64,000 bases of DNA from NCBI GenBank assembly GCA_963664525.1, contig OY761535.1, positions 2,703,314-2,767,313 of the forward strand. The letters run 5' to 3'. Numbering within the stretch: position 1 is the first letter of the stretch; every line of letters starts with the position of its first letter. Of this stretch, positions 28,708 to 39,160 are shown one piece after another. The DNA comes from Arenicellales bacterium (GTDB taxonomy: Bacteria; Pseudomonadota; Gammaproteobacteria; Arenicellales; JAJDZL01). A program made the position numbers and the translations under genes. The notes beneath the pieces are model-generated. The model made no database searches. It was not told the origin of the DNA and worked only from the letters and a program-made list of their open reading frames with translations.

Positions 28708-29561
28708 GATATCGATTTTTCAAGACGCTTAGTGCTCTTTTTTTTGTTACAGGACTCATAAGCGGCGCATTCGCTGATGATTCCATCGACACTTCCAAAC
28801 GAGGTGCGGCGCTTCAAGGCAATTTCACCCAGGGTGGCTTGCTGTTTGGTACGACTGCCCCTGGAGCACGGGTGTTTGTCGATCAACGCGAAATTCGCGT
28901 GTCCCAGCAAGGCAATTTTCTGATTGGTTTTGGCCGCGATGCCAAACTTGACTGGCAACTGCTTGTGCGATATCTAGATGGACGAACTTTTGATAGCGAG
29001 ATTGGAATCACTGCTCGCCAATACAACATTCAGCGCATTGACGGCTTACCTGAGAGTAAGGTTTCGCCTTCCGCCAAAGACCTAAAGCGCATCCGCGAAG
29101 ATATCGCAGTCGTACGCGAAGCTCGTACAAGAGACGATGGCAGGGTTGATTTTCTCGGCTCCATCGACTGGCCGGTCCATGGAATTATTACGGGTGTTTA
29201 CGGCAGTCAGCGAATCTTGAACGGAGAACCACGCCGGCCGCATTTTGGCATCGACATCCATGCACCAACAGGAACCGCAGTGCGTTCGCCTGCACCCGGG
29301 ATTGTCACCGTTGCCCATCCAGATATGTTTTTTTCAGGCGCCACAATGATCATTGACCACGGACACGGGCTTTCATCAACTTTTCTTCACTTGGAAAAAA
29401 TTCTTGTCGAAGTTGGCGATTACGTCGAAAAAAACGAGGCTGTTGCTACGGTTGGTTCATCCGGACGCAGTACAGGTCCTCACCTTGACTGGAGGCTGAA
29501 TCTGTTTTCCACTCGTCTGGACCCGCAACTGATCGCCGGCGAGATGCCGAAAGTCGACTGA
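28704..29561 (+). CDS. Secreted M23-family peptidoglycan metalloendopeptidase
   Basis: Signal peptide ending 'ISGAFA'. M23 motifs 'HFGIDIHAPTGTAV' and 'GSSGRSTGPHLDW'. The start overlaps the thrC stop (ATGA). Confidence 0.85.
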   Translation: MRYRFFKTLSALFFVTGLISGAFADDSIDTSKRGAALQGNFTQGGLLFGTTAPGARVFVDQREIRVSQQGNFLIGFGRDAKLDWQLLVRYLDGRTFDSEIGITARQYNIQRIDGLPESKVSPSAKDLKRIREDIAVVREARTRDDGRVDFLGSIDWPVHGIITGVYGSQRILNGEPRRPHFGIDIHAPTGTAVRSPAPGIVTVAHPDMFFSGATMIIDHGHGLSSTFLHLEKILVEVGDYVEKNEAVATVGSSGRSTGPHLDWRLNLFSTRLDPQLIAGEMPKVD

Positions 29562-29581
29562 ACCCACAGCTACCTTAGTCT

Positions 29582-30136
29582 ATGCAAGCGTCAAATCTGC
29601 CACGCGGTCTCATTTTGGGCATTGTCTCAATGGCCACAGTGATTACTGCATCAAACATTCTGGTTGGATATCCGATCAACGACTGGCTAACCTGGGGACA
29701 TTTCAGTTTCCCGATCAGCTTCTTCATTACTGACCTTGTCAACCGTCGACTTGGTGCATCGCGCGCTCGAACTGTCGCCTACTTTGGTTTCACCGTTGCC
29801 GTTTTACTGTCATTCTGGCTCGCATCGCCTCGTATCGCATTGGCTTCAGGAAGCGCTTTTATCGTTGGGCAACTGACCAATATCGGAATATTTGACCGCC
29901 TGCGACGCCGCAACTGGTGGCATGCACCACTGATCTCTTCTTCTATCGCGTCAACAGTTGATACGATTTTGTTTTACTGCATCGCCTTTGCCGGGACGGG
30001 CTTGCCCTGGTTGACCTGGTCGATTGGCGACTATGCGGTAAAACTGGTTTGCGCCCTGTTTTTGATACTGCCTTATTTCGTGGTCACAAAGCGATTGTGG
30101 TCACAGCGGCCGGCGAGTTCATCTACAACGGGCTGA
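29582..30136 (+). CDS. VUT-family (YhhQ-like) queuosine-precursor transporter
   Basis: Polytopic 184-aa protein. 'FFITDLVNRRLGASRARTVAYFGF' resembles the YhhQ/DUF165 conserved segment. Confidence 0.55.
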   Translation: MQASNLPRGLILGIVSMATVITASNILVGYPINDWLTWGHFSFPISFFITDLVNRRLGASRARTVAYFGFTVAVLLSFWLASPRIALASGSAFIVGQLTNIGIFDRLRRRNWWHAPLISSSIASTVDTILFYCIAFAGTGLPWLTWSIGDYAVKLVCALFLILPYFVVTKRLWSQRPASSSTTG

Positions 30137-30154
30137 AAAAGTCTCCGCTACAAG

Positions 30155-30964
30155 TTACTTGTTTCGCCCGACACAAATACGCCCGGTCCAAGCGGCTGGT
30201 AGTTCAGCCAAGATGTCTTCACCGGCTTTTCGAGAATCAATGGGCAAAAACGAACTACTACCAGAGCCTGACATTCTTGGCTCACCCCAATTCTTAAGCC
30301 ACTCAAGCAAAATACCGACTTCGGGATAAAGCTGACAGGCGATCGCTTCGAGATCGTTGTTTAGTTTCCTGTTACCAAACTCCCCGATCGATAATTTTGG
30401 TCGGTACCGAGGTGTTTGGCTAAACGTTCGAAAAACCCTTGCAGTCGAAACAGAACAGGCCGGATACACCAGCAGGTAAAGTTGCTGTGGAATTGAAATG
30501 TCAGTCAACTGTTCTCCCCGACCTTCTGCCCATGCGTTTTTTCCATAGATGAAAACCGGAACATCGGCGCCGATTTCAAGGCCGATCGTGGCCAAATCTT
30601 TCTGCTTCAGACCCAGTTGCCATAGTTCGTTCAAGGCACATAGCGTCGCAGCTGCACAGGAACTGCCGCCTCCTAGCCCCGCACCGACCGGAAGTTGTTT
30701 ATTGCATTTGATCCTGACTCCTTGTGGGCCAGGAAAACGCATGCGTAAAAGCCGTGCAGCGCGAATCGTAACATCGTTCGCTTCAGAAATATTTTTGATT
30801 TTGGTGCTGCGACTGATGGAACCGTCGCAGGTGCATTCAAATTCAAGCTCATCACACCAGTCCAGCAATTGGTAGACCGTTTGCAATTCATGATAGCCAT
30901 CATCAAACTGCCCGACGACATGCAAAAACAGATTAATCTTTGCTGGGGCTGACCAAGACAGCAT
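30155..30964 (-). CDS. ispE: 4-diphosphocytidyl-2-C-methyl-D-erythritol kinase
   Basis: 'APAKINLFLHVVG', GHMP motif 'PVGAGLGGGSS'. The lolB-ispE neighbourhood supports the call. Confidence 0.9.
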   Translation of the reverse strand: MLSWSAPAKINLFLHVVGQFDDGYHELQTVYQLLDWCDELEFECTCDGSISRSTKIKNISEANDVTIRAARLLRMRFPGPQGVRIKCNKQLPVGAGLGGGSSCAAATLCALNELWQLGLKQKDLATIGLEIGADVPVFIYGKNAWAEGRGEQLTDISIPQQLYLLVYPACSVSTARVFRTFSQTPRYRPKLSIGEFGNRKLNNDLEAIACQLYPEVGILLEWLKNWGEPRMSGSGSSSFLPIDSRKAGEDILAELPAAWTGRICVGRNK

Positions 30965-30983
30965 TAATGCACCTCTTTGGGTT

Positions 30984-31628
30984 TCAATCCAGTGTCCAAC
31001 TCGTCACAATTAACCTGATTTGGTGAGGCTGCGCCTGTTCATTATTATTATTCGTAGGGCTTTGTTCGATCGTTTCCGTCGACACCAGCCGAAAGCGCGT
31101 GGGCAGCTGGTAGTGATCAACATCAGCATATTTCGAAAGTGAAACTTGCCAACCGGATTGCTCGATCCACACAACGTGCCCTAAGGTGTCCCATTTCTGC
31201 GCACCGAACGACCCCGGAAAAGCGGTGCCGATCACCCAATAACCCAATTCCTCGACTGGAAATTGCCAACCGAGATATTGATCAAGAACTTCTCGTGCAG
31301 TCGAACCGGTCAGCATCTCTCCTTCCGAATCAGCCAGTACAACTTCGCCAGGCTCCACCGAAATACGTACATGGCCTGATCCCAGGCTGCCATAAAGATC
31401 AAATTGGTGGACTTCACCTCGCCGCTTCCACACCAGTCGACCAATTTGGCCTCCATCAGCGGTGCGAATGCTAAGGCGTCCGCGAATATTCCAGCTATCG
31501 ATTGATGCAAGTTTGCTGATGTGTGATTCAAGCAGTGCGCGATCTGAGGAATAGTTGATTGTTTGTTGCGCCGAGCATCCGCTCAGAATGACCACAAGCG
31601 CCAGAACAATCAGCCTGGGGAAGGTCAT
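30984..31628 (-). CDS. lolB: Outer-membrane lipoprotein LolB
   Basis: Lipobox 'LSGC', ~200 aa, located upstream of ispE and downstream of the TPR gene, as in Pseudomonas. Confidence 0.75.
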   Translation of the reverse strand: MTFPRLIVLALVVILSGCSAQQTINYSSDRALLESHISKLASIDSWNIRGRLSIRTADGGQIGRLVWKRRGEVHQFDLYGSLGSGHVRISVEPGEVVLADSEGEMLTGSTAREVLDQYLGWQFPVEELGYWVIGTAFPGSFGAQKWDTLGHVVWIEQSGWQVSLSKYADVDHYQLPTRFRLVSTETIEQSPTNNNNEQAQPHQIRLIVTSWTLD

Positions 31629-33376
31629 TGGGTCGTCAGGCGTTCTATCGTCTCGATTAGAATTTCATTGCCAGGCGATTTTTTGATTGCCTGATCCCAG
31701 ACTTGTTTGGCTTTCTGGGTGCGGCCTAGCGTCCAGTACACTTCGCCCAGGTGTGCAGCCATCACTGGATCATCCCGCCGAGACAGCGCTATTTTCAGCA
31801 GTTTGAGCGCGTTTTTGTAATCTCCCATTTTAAAATGCGCCCAGCCCATACTGTCCAAAATGTAGGGATCATTGGGTTTGAGTTCGAGTGCTTTTTCGAT
31901 ATAACGAGTGCCTTCTTCCAGCCGATCAGTCTGATCAATCAGCGTATAACCCAAGGCATTGAGCGCCAGCGCATTGTCCGGTTGAGTCGCAAGCACCGCA
32001 TTGACGGAACTTTCCACTTGGTCGATGAGGTTGAGCTCCGAAGCAGTGTAGCTCTTTGCAATCAGCAAGGTGGTGTTGTCAGGAAATTCCTCCAGGCCTG
32101 CATCGAGCACTGATAATGCCTGTTGCGTTCGTCCGGAGTCACGATACAGGCTCTCAGCGACCAATATGATCCTGATACGCTGCTGGTTGTCATCAGTCCC
32201 ATATTCTTCGAGCAACGCGACCGCTTCATCAACACTACGGACTCCGGCAATGTACTTGGCTGTCAGCAGGTAGCGACTGAATGCCAGATTGCGTTGTGTG
32301 ATCCGACTGATCCAGACACTGGCTTCTTCATAGTTTTTTTGATCAAGGGCCAATTCAGCCAAATTGATCAACACTCTTTGGTTGTCCGGCTGAATTTCAT
32401 GAAAAGCCAGGTACTTTTCCTTAGAGCGCTGCGGAAAATTTGCCTGTTCATACAAATTGCCCTGCATGAGCAGCGATTCTGCATCAGAAAGTACCTCGTA
32501 GTGCTCAATAGCCTCTTGGTAAAGTCCGTCTTCGGACAGATACCGAGCGTAATTGTGGCGCAATCGGTTAGAATCAGGATACCGGTTCAGAAAGTCTTGC
32601 GCGAATTCCAACGCTTCGGAGATTTGTCCGCGATCCAGGTGCAACGTAAATGTAACGGTGGCGAAGTTATCCGAATCCGGCTGCGCGGCCAAGCCATCGG
32701 TAATTAAGCCGTCAATCAGCGAGTCATCCAACTCAGCGTTTATCGCCAGTTGAATCAACTGCAATTGGCCATACAGGCTCTGCGGCACATCAGCAATGAC
32801 CCTTTCGAACAATTCAAACGCGAGTTCGGGATTCAAATTACTGCTGAGCGTTCGGCCAATATTCTGAATTGTCGACTCCTCGGAGTCTGGTGATAGGGAC
32901 AGCGTCTTTTGAAACCCTTCGACTGCTCTGTCAAAATTCTGTGTTGCGACCATAGATACGGCATTGGCATACCATGCCGATGCTGAATTCGGGCGCAATT
33001 CCACCCACAGGTCGGAGGTGTTTGAAGCCACATCGAAATGACGCTGACTGATCGCTCGAATTGAAACGGTTTCAGCAATTCGGGGGTCGCGGGTTTCGAA
33101 CGCTATTTTTTCAAGAATTTCAAGCGAGGTGAGAGCATCGTTTCGAAAGTAAGCCAATTCCGCGGTCACGAGCTGATGCAAAATCTCGGCAGAAAGATCA
33201 ATTGAAGGAACACTTGCGACTTGTGACTGTTCTGCCGCATCGCTCTGAGTGCTGTCAACGGCCGTGTCTACGGGAGTTGGAACACAAGCAGACAAAAGCA
33301 GCGTACCCAGAATCAAGGGTACTAAACCCAATTTCATTTTTAGGTCAATCTGTTGAGTTGGAATCGTTAATTTCAT
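31625..33376 (-). CDS. TPR-repeat lipoprotein
   Basis: Lipobox 'LLSAC'. The real start is probably the second Met at 33337. Multiple TPR-like repeats occur through to the C-terminus ('GDYKNALKLLKIAL', 'AHLGEVYWTLGRTQKAKQVW'). Confidence 0.75.
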   Translation of the reverse strand: MKLTIPTQQIDLKMKLGLVPLILGTLLLSACVPTPVDTAVDSTQSDAAEQSQVASVPSIDLSAEILHQLVTAELAYFRNDALTSLEILEKIAFETRDPRIAETVSIRAISQRHFDVASNTSDLWVELRPNSASAWYANAVSMVATQNFDRAVEGFQKTLSLSPDSEESTIQNIGRTLSSNLNPELAFELFERVIADVPQSLYGQLQLIQLAINAELDDSLIDGLITDGLAAQPDSDNFATVTFTLHLDRGQISEALEFAQDFLNRYPDSNRLRHNYARYLSEDGLYQEAIEHYEVLSDAESLLMQGNLYEQANFPQRSKEKYLAFHEIQPDNQRVLINLAELALDQKNYEEASVWISRITQRNLAFSRYLLTAKYIAGVRSVDEAVALLEEYGTDDNQQRIRIILVAESLYRDSGRTQQALSVLDAGLEEFPDNTTLLIAKSYTASELNLIDQVESSVNAVLATQPDNALALNALGYTLIDQTDRLEEGTRYIEKALELKPNDPYILDSMGWAHFKMGDYKNALKLLKIALSRRDDPVMAAHLGEVYWTLGRTQKAKQVWDQAIKKSPGNEILIETIERLTTQ

Positions 33377-33654
33377 TGAATGAGGCAGTTAAAGGACAAT
33401 TTCATACCTAATCACCGCGGAAAGTGAAATCAAAGCCCTTCAATTGTTCGTTTTTTATGGCCTCGGCTCCAGATCTGCACTGGCGCAAAATACAAGGAGC
33501 AGCGTTCAGATCCTATGTCCCGGCAGTCATTTGCCGTGCTCAATTATAATGAAAGGGTTTCCAGTCATTTCATTTTCGAAATTCCTCAGTTCGTTATTTT
33601 CGGTCACCCAGACAAGTCATATCGCGCCCCACAGCGCAACAGTTCAATCTTCTC

Positions 33655-34743
33655 ATGAAAGAATCTCTAAGGGAAAAACTCAAGGTGCTTGTCGAGCGAA
33701 ATAATGCACTAAACCAGAAACTTTCAGATCCTGAAATTTTTCAACAGCCGAACCAGTTTCGCGAGCTTTCAATTGAGTTATCCGAAATCTCGCAAGTCGT
33801 CCAGAATTACGAAAAATACTGTGCCCTGGAAGCTGAACTTGAGGAAGTAAAGTCTCTCTTGGACGATCAGGACCCTCAAATTCAGTCCATTGCTAGCGAA
33901 GAGGTTGCACAAATCGAGTCGCAATTGCTCTGTACGTTGGAAGACATTCAAAAGCTGCTTTTGCCACGCGACCCCAACGACAACCGCAATATTTTTATTG
34001 AAATCCGTGCCGGCACCGGTGGCGATGAAGCGGCAATATTCGCCGGTGACCTGTTGCGAATGTACAAGTTGTATGTTCAAAACCAGGGCTGGGACAGCGA
34101 GACTGTCAGTCAGCATGAAGGCGAATATGGTGGTTACAAGGAAACCATTTTGCGGGTTATCGGCAAAGGTGCTTACTCAAAACTCAAGTTTGAATCCGGC
34201 ACCCACCGAGTCCAACGCGTCCCGAAAACCGAAACCCAAGGACGCATTCACACGTCTGCGTGCACCGTTGCGATTTTACCGGAAGCAGACAAAATTGACG
34301 ATGTCGAAATCGATTCACAGGATCTCAGGGTAGATACCTATCGCGCATCGGGAGCCGGTGGTCAGCATGTCAATCGAACAGATTCGGCGGTGCGCATCAC
34401 CCATTTGCCCTCCGGTATTGTTGTGGAATGCCAGGATGAACGCTCACAGCATCAAAACCGGGCGCGGGCGATGGCGATGCTTCGAGCACGTATGCTGCAA
34501 GCCGAAATTCAAAAACAGAATGAACAACAAACCCAAGCGCGCCGCCTGATGGTTGGAAGCGGTGACCGCTCTGAGCGGATTCGAACGTATAACTTTCCGC
34601 AAAACCGGGTGACGGACCATCGAATTAACCTCACCTTGTACAAACTGGAAGAGTTGGTTGCCGGCAACCTTGAACCGATCATTGAGCAACTGACAACCGA
34701 ATACCAGGCCGGGCTGATGGCAGACATGAGTGCATTTGAGTGA
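33655..34743 (+). CDS. prfA: Peptide chain release factor 1
   Basis: GGQ motif 'SGAGGQHVN' and the 'PKT' tripeptide region ('RVPKTE'), which substitutes for the RF1 'PxT' motif. Followed by prmC. Confidence 0.92.
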   Translation: MKESLREKLKVLVERNNALNQKLSDPEIFQQPNQFRELSIELSEISQVVQNYEKYCALEAELEEVKSLLDDQDPQIQSIASEEVAQIESQLLCTLEDIQKLLLPRDPNDNRNIFIEIRAGTGGDEAAIFAGDLLRMYKLYVQNQGWDSETVSQHEGEYGGYKETILRVIGKGAYSKLKFESGTHRVQRVPKTETQGRIHTSACTVAILPEADKIDDVEIDSQDLRVDTYRASGAGGQHVNRTDSAVRITHLPSGIVVECQDERSQHQNRARAMAMLRARMLQAEIQKQNEQQTQARRLMVGSGDRSERIRTYNFPQNRVTDHRINLTLYKLEELVAGNLEPIIEQLTTEYQAGLMADMSAFE

Positions 34744-35594
34744 TCGTGCACCCAGTTGTTACCATTGGCAAAGCTCGTCGAGCCGCACGCGGCGTATTGG
34801 GAACAGTATCTGATACCGCAGCGCTGGATGCTGATTTACTGTTGAGTCAGGCACTTTTACTCGAGCGCAACATGCTTGATATGCTCAATGAAACCGAACT
34901 GGACCTGGTAGAACAACAGCGCTTTGAGAAACTGCTCACGCGACGAATGGCAGGAGAGCCCATCGCGTATATCACGCAGAGCAAGGCATTTTGGTCAATC
35001 GAAGTCAAAGTCGGTCCTTCGACCTTGGTCCCTCGACCTGAAACAGAACTGGTGGTCGAGCGAGCAATTTTCCACTGTCGCCATCTCGTCGGGCCGATGA
35101 TCGCAGATCTTGGCACCGGCACTGGTTGTATTGCTCTGGCTCTCGCAACCGAGCTTAAAGACGCGGGCGTTGTCGCGACGGACCGTTCAGCCGACGCACT
35201 GAAGATCGCACAACAAAACCAACAGTCTCTGGGTCTTAAGAGCGTTGATTTCCGTTTGGGCGACTGGCTTGATGCGCTGCCGCCGAGTGAATTTGACATC
35301 ATTGTGGCCAATCCACCTTACATTGCCGACAAAGATCCCTGTCTTGAAGACCCGGCGATGCGTTTTGAACCTAGACTCGCACTTTGTGGTGGGCTTGATG
35401 GGCTTGATTGCATTCGTAGTATTGTCTCTCGTGCCCGCAGTTATCTAAAACCTGGAGGGTGGCTGATTATTGAACATGGCTACAGCCAGGGACACGAGGT
35501 GCGACAGCTATTCGATGTCAATCAATTTGGCAAATTCAGTACGTTCAACGACCTTGCCGGGCTTGAACGGGTTACCGAGGGGCAGCGTCGCTAG
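34740..35594 (+). CDS. prmC: Release-factor glutamine N5-methyltransferase
   Basis: SAM motif '[11 protein letters not shown]' and catalytic 'NPPY'. The start overlaps the prfA stop. Confidence 0.9.
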   Translation: MIVHPVVTIGKARRAARGVLGTVSDTAALDADLLLSQALLLERNMLDMLNETELDLVEQQRFEKLLTRRMAGEPIAYITQSKAFWSIEVKVGPSTLVPRPETELVVERAIFHCRHLVGPMIADLGTGTGCIALALATELKDAGVVATDRSADALKIAQQNQQSLGLKSVDFRLGDWLDALPPSEFDIIVANPPYIADKDPCLEDPAMRFEPRLALCGGLDGLDCIRSIVSRARSYLKPGGWLIIEHGYSQGHEVRQLFDVNQFGKFSTFNDLAGLERVTEGQRR

Positions 35595-35615
35595 GGCACA
35601 ACAGATTTTGTTTCA

Positions 35616-36383
35616 TTAGACGGCAAATTCAGCGAATACGGGAGCGTGGTCGGATGGTCGTTCCCACTTGCGAGGTTCTTTATCGATGCTGCAGCGCTGA
35701 CAATGCGCCTGTAAATCTTCGCTAACCAGGATGTGGTCAATACGAAGACCGAGGTCACGGCGAAACCCGGCGGCCCGATAGTCCCACCAGGAAAAGCTTC
35801 GTTCCAGCTGATCAAACAGGCGAAAGGCGTCGCCCAGTCCCAACGCAGCGAGTCTTTGAAACATCTCGCGCTCAGGCTCGCTGCAAAGTATTTTATCCCG
35901 CCAGACTTCAGGGTCGTGTACATCAGCATCTGCCGGTGCGATATTGAAATCGCCGACAATTGCAAGTTTGCTGTAGCGGGACAATTCCTGTTCAACGTAA
36001 CCGATCAAGTGCTCCAACCATTCCAACTTGTAGGTGTACTTTTCCGAACCGACCGCCTGGCCATTTGGCACGTAGACATTGATGATTCGAACTCCGTTGA
36101 CTGTGGCCGACAACACACGACGCTGTGGATCATCATAGTCCGGGATGCCACACACAACGTCGGACAACTCACCCAGCGCGAGTACAGCGACGCCATTGTA
36201 GGTTTTCTGTCCAAAATAGCAGGTGTTGAATCCCAATTCGGTGAGTTTTTCAGCCGGAAAATTTTCATCAATCGTTTTGGTTTCCTGCAGGCACAACACA
36301 TCCGGCGCTTGATTCTGAATCCAGTTTGCGACATGTTCCAGACGCACCTTTAAGGAATTAACGTTCCAAGTAGAGATTATCAA
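35616..36383 (-). CDS. xthA: Exodeoxyribonuclease III
   Basis: 'IISTWNVNSL', 'LCLQETK', 'GDFNIAP', 'SDHAPV'. These are EEP-family AP endonuclease motifs. Confidence 0.9.
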   Translation of the reverse strand: MIISTWNVNSLKVRLEHVANWIQNQAPDVLCLQETKTIDENFPAEKLTELGFNTCYFGQKTYNGVAVLALGELSDVVCGIPDYDDPQRRVLSATVNGVRIINVYVPNGQAVGSEKYTYKLEWLEHLIGYVEQELSRYSKLAIVGDFNIAPADADVHDPEVWRDKILCSEPEREMFQRLAALGLGDAFRLFDQLERSFSWWDYRAAGFRRDLGLRIDHILVSEDLQAHCQRCSIDKEPRKWERPSDHAPVFAEFAV

Positions 36384-36634
36384 AGTCTTCCTCGCTATGT
36401 AGATCGAAAAATCGAGTGCATCAAACTGATATTTCGCGATCGTTTAAGCAAAATATTCAATTTATTCAATGCAGTATTATGCTGGATTGTATGTCGACGA
36501 TATCAATGTTGCAACATGAGTCCAAGAGTTGCAGGGGGAATTTCTGATTTATTCTGAACTTAATCAGTGATTTTTCAACGCCCGAAAATCAAGCCTAAGG
36601 TCGGCTCCAACTCAGATTCAGCCATTGGCTCAAC

Positions 36635-37249
36635 TTACATCTCATTTGGCGTGCCTTTGTGAACAGTGTGTACTGGCCACAATTTACCGAGACTGAAACT
36701 GATCGCGTCAAACGGCGGCAGCGACACCAGCGCATCATCGAACAGGATGTCGATCAATTGCCACTTATTACCGCTTAGTTCAAATGCTTCCAAAGAACGG
36801 GCATCGGGGTCAACAAACCAGAGGTAGGCAACACCTTCACGAGCATAGACTGCCTGTTTGCCGCCAAGGTCAAGTTTTCGGGTGGATGGGGATAGCACTT
36901 CACAGACCCAATCGGGCGCCAGTGTAAAGTAAGCTTCACGTGGAAGCTCAGGCATGCGATCGCGTCGCCAGCCAGCAATATCAGGCACGACAATGTCTTC
37001 ACCCAAATGAAGCTCAGGCTCGTCAAGTATCCACCATCCGTCAGGCCCGTCTCGATCGAACTGAAAAAATTGATTGATCTTTCCCCCGAGTGCTGAACTG
37101 GCCACGGCGTGTCGTGGAGCAGGTCTTGGGTGAGTGTACAGTTTTCCATCGACAACTTCTGCGACCATGTGTGGCGGTGCGTCCAACACGTCCTGATAGG
37201 TCGCACGGGGTAATGATGTCAATTCCTTGGCACTTTGCGTTTTCTCCAC
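36635..37249 (-). CDS. Uma2-family (DUF820) putative endonuclease
   Basis: 'PDWVCEVLSPST' and 'D...K...Y...GV..YW.VDP' patterns ('DLGGKQAVYAREGVAYLWFVDP') are typical of Uma2/PD-(D/E)xK-like proteins. Confidence 0.7.
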   Translation of the reverse strand: MEKTQSAKELTSLPRATYQDVLDAPPHMVAEVVDGKLYTHPRPAPRHAVASSALGGKINQFFQFDRDGPDGWWILDEPELHLGEDIVVPDIAGWRRDRMPELPREAYFTLAPDWVCEVLSPSTRKLDLGGKQAVYAREGVAYLWFVDPDARSLEAFELSGNKWQLIDILFDDALVSLPPFDAISFSLGKLWPVHTVHKGTPNEM

Positions 37250-37664
37250 GGTGTCATGTACCTAAAAAGGTGAATCAGTCGTCCAATTCTAACCCAAGCG
37301 TTCACACTAAATCAAGCGTTGAAATTGTTGGTACGTTAATGAGCAGAAAATGGATTGATTTGCCGTGTTATTTGTGACATCTGATCGTATGACCTTTCCA
37401 GCATTTCGCAAAGTTGCGCAAATGCATGCAACCAATCGATATTTAATCGTATTGATCTTATTTTTCGCTGAAATTCTATTACGCCAGATACGAAGCAATC
37501 GATTGACCGTCACAAGCATCTGTTAAACTTCAACAAAAATAAGTACACTTGCGAGAAAACACCCGGAACAGACGTATTCAGGGTATAAAATTATCTGGCT
37601 GATTCACTTAACCAGACGGGAAAATACTGTCATCTGGTCGTACGTGCAGCAAATTTCGTGATGT

Positions 37665-37741
37665 GGCTATGTAGCTCAGCCGGTTAGAGCGCGGCACTCA
37701 TAATGCCGAAGTCGGTGGTTCGAGTCCACCCATAGCCACCA
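37665..37741 (+). tRNA. tRNA with CAT anticodon (elongator Met or lysidine-modified Ile2), CCA encoded
   Basis: Cloverleaf read by eye: acceptor GGCTATG/CATAGCC, D-arm GTAGCTCAGCCGGTTAGAGC, anticodon stem CGGCA/TGCCG with loop CTCATAA, T-arm GGTGGTTCGAGTCCACC, discriminator A plus CCA. The acceptor stem resembles E. coli metT. The T-arm and variable region resemble ileX. Confidence 0.85.
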
Positions 37742-37796
37742 GATTCTGAGTCAAATACCTCCAACCCGACTCTAATTTTCGATTGGAATTTTTCAA

Positions 37797-39038
37797 TCAA
37801 TCCTGATTTTGTGCCAAATGCTTGCGAAAATCAGCCCGCTCAATGAGAACAGCGACGCCTAATCCAAGCATCAGCCCCCAAAATGGCGCACCAATGTTCC
37901 AGACCGTAATATCCGACATCGTAACCAGTAAGGTAATCAGCGCACTCATCTGAAAGCTTCCAGAAAAGGAGGCAACAAACGCTCTTAACAAAACCGGCAA
38001 TAAAGCCAGCCCACTCAATACCGCAATAAATTCCGCTGGCAGTTTCAATATCAGCCAGGTCGCTGCAAAAGCCAGTATTCCAAACACGATATTCATCAAG
38101 CCAAACATGACACCTGCCGTGTATTGTCGGTGCGCTTCGCCACCGCTCACCAGTACCGCATTTGATGGGCCGGTGACACAGGTCGACACGGCACCGAATA
38201 TTGCATTGCATGCCGAGCCCAATCCACAGGCAATGGTCATGTTGTTGACTGGCGGCTGGTGGCCACCAGTCATCAGCACGGCAAAGCCTTGCGCATTTTG
38301 TGCGACCAGGACTGTCACCGCCAAGGGCACTACGAGCTCAAACAAGGATTGTTGGCTAAACTGCGGCAATTGCATAATCGGCCAGGCCACCCACTGAACA
38401 ATTTCGGTTTCTGAACTCGGGGCAAAATTTCCAGTAATCAAGACCACCGCAATACCGGCGATCAACGTCATCACCACGGGCGGTACAAATGCACTGAGGC
38501 CAGGCATCAACAACACGAAAACGTACGCCAGCACCATCGCCGAAGACAATATCAGCTCACTTTCGAAAGCCAGCACCAAGTCCAGACCAAACTGAAGAAA
38601 TATTCCAGCAACCATGGCCAAAACAATGGGCAGCGGGATCATCCGAAGTGCTCGTCGTACACCACCTGATACCCCAATCACCACCAGTAGCAGTGCCGTG
38701 ACCCAATAAGCGCCAATAATTTCGTGAAAGCTCAAGTGTTCGAAAGCTGAGGCAAGCAGTACGGTTCCAGGAATCGTCCAGGCGAAACTCAGCGGCTGGC
38801 GGTAGGCTAGCGAAAACCCGATCGTTATGAAGCCGCTAAATACACAGCCAGCGAATATCCACGATCCGATTTCAGCTTGCGTCAAGCCGCCTGTCAAGCC
38901 AACTGAAATGATGATCGCGACAGGCCCGGTACAAGAAAAAAGAAACGCAACGACCGCTGTACCGATATAAATTCCTCCGATATCCCGCCTTAGGTCCCTA
39001 AGGCCCGCGATCGGTCGTTCAAGTCGCTCGAATATCAT
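37797..39038 (-). CDS. Polytopic membrane transporter, probably BenE family (benzoate:H+ symporter-like)
   Basis: 413 aa, about 12 hydrophobic segments. The family assignment comes from overall resemblance only. Confidence 0.45.
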   Translation of the reverse strand: MIFERLERPIAGLRDLRRDIGGIYIGTAVVAFLFSCTGPVAIIISVGLTGGLTQAEIGSWIFAGCVFSGFITIGFSLAYRQPLSFAWTIPGTVLLASAFEHLSFHEIIGAYWVTALLLVVIGVSGGVRRALRMIPLPIVLAMVAGIFLQFGLDLVLAFESELILSSAMVLAYVFVLLMPGLSAFVPPVVMTLIAGIAVVLITGNFAPSSETEIVQWVAWPIMQLPQFSQQSLFELVVPLAVTVLVAQNAQGFAVLMTGGHQPPVNNMTIACGLGSACNAIFGAVSTCVTGPSNAVLVSGGEAHRQYTAGVMFGLMNIVFGILAFAATWLILKLPAEFIAVLSGLALLPVLLRAFVASFSGSFQMSALITLLVTMSDITVWNIGAPFWGLMLGLGVAVLIERADFRKHLAQNQD

Positions 39039-39160
39039 TCCTGGTGCCGATTACCAATTTTTACAATGCAGTGTATTCTATGTAATTTGTTCGATTCGGC
39101 GCGTGAGTGTTTTTACGCGCTTGAATCGAATCCCGAATCGCCACTGGAGAACAAGGGTTA

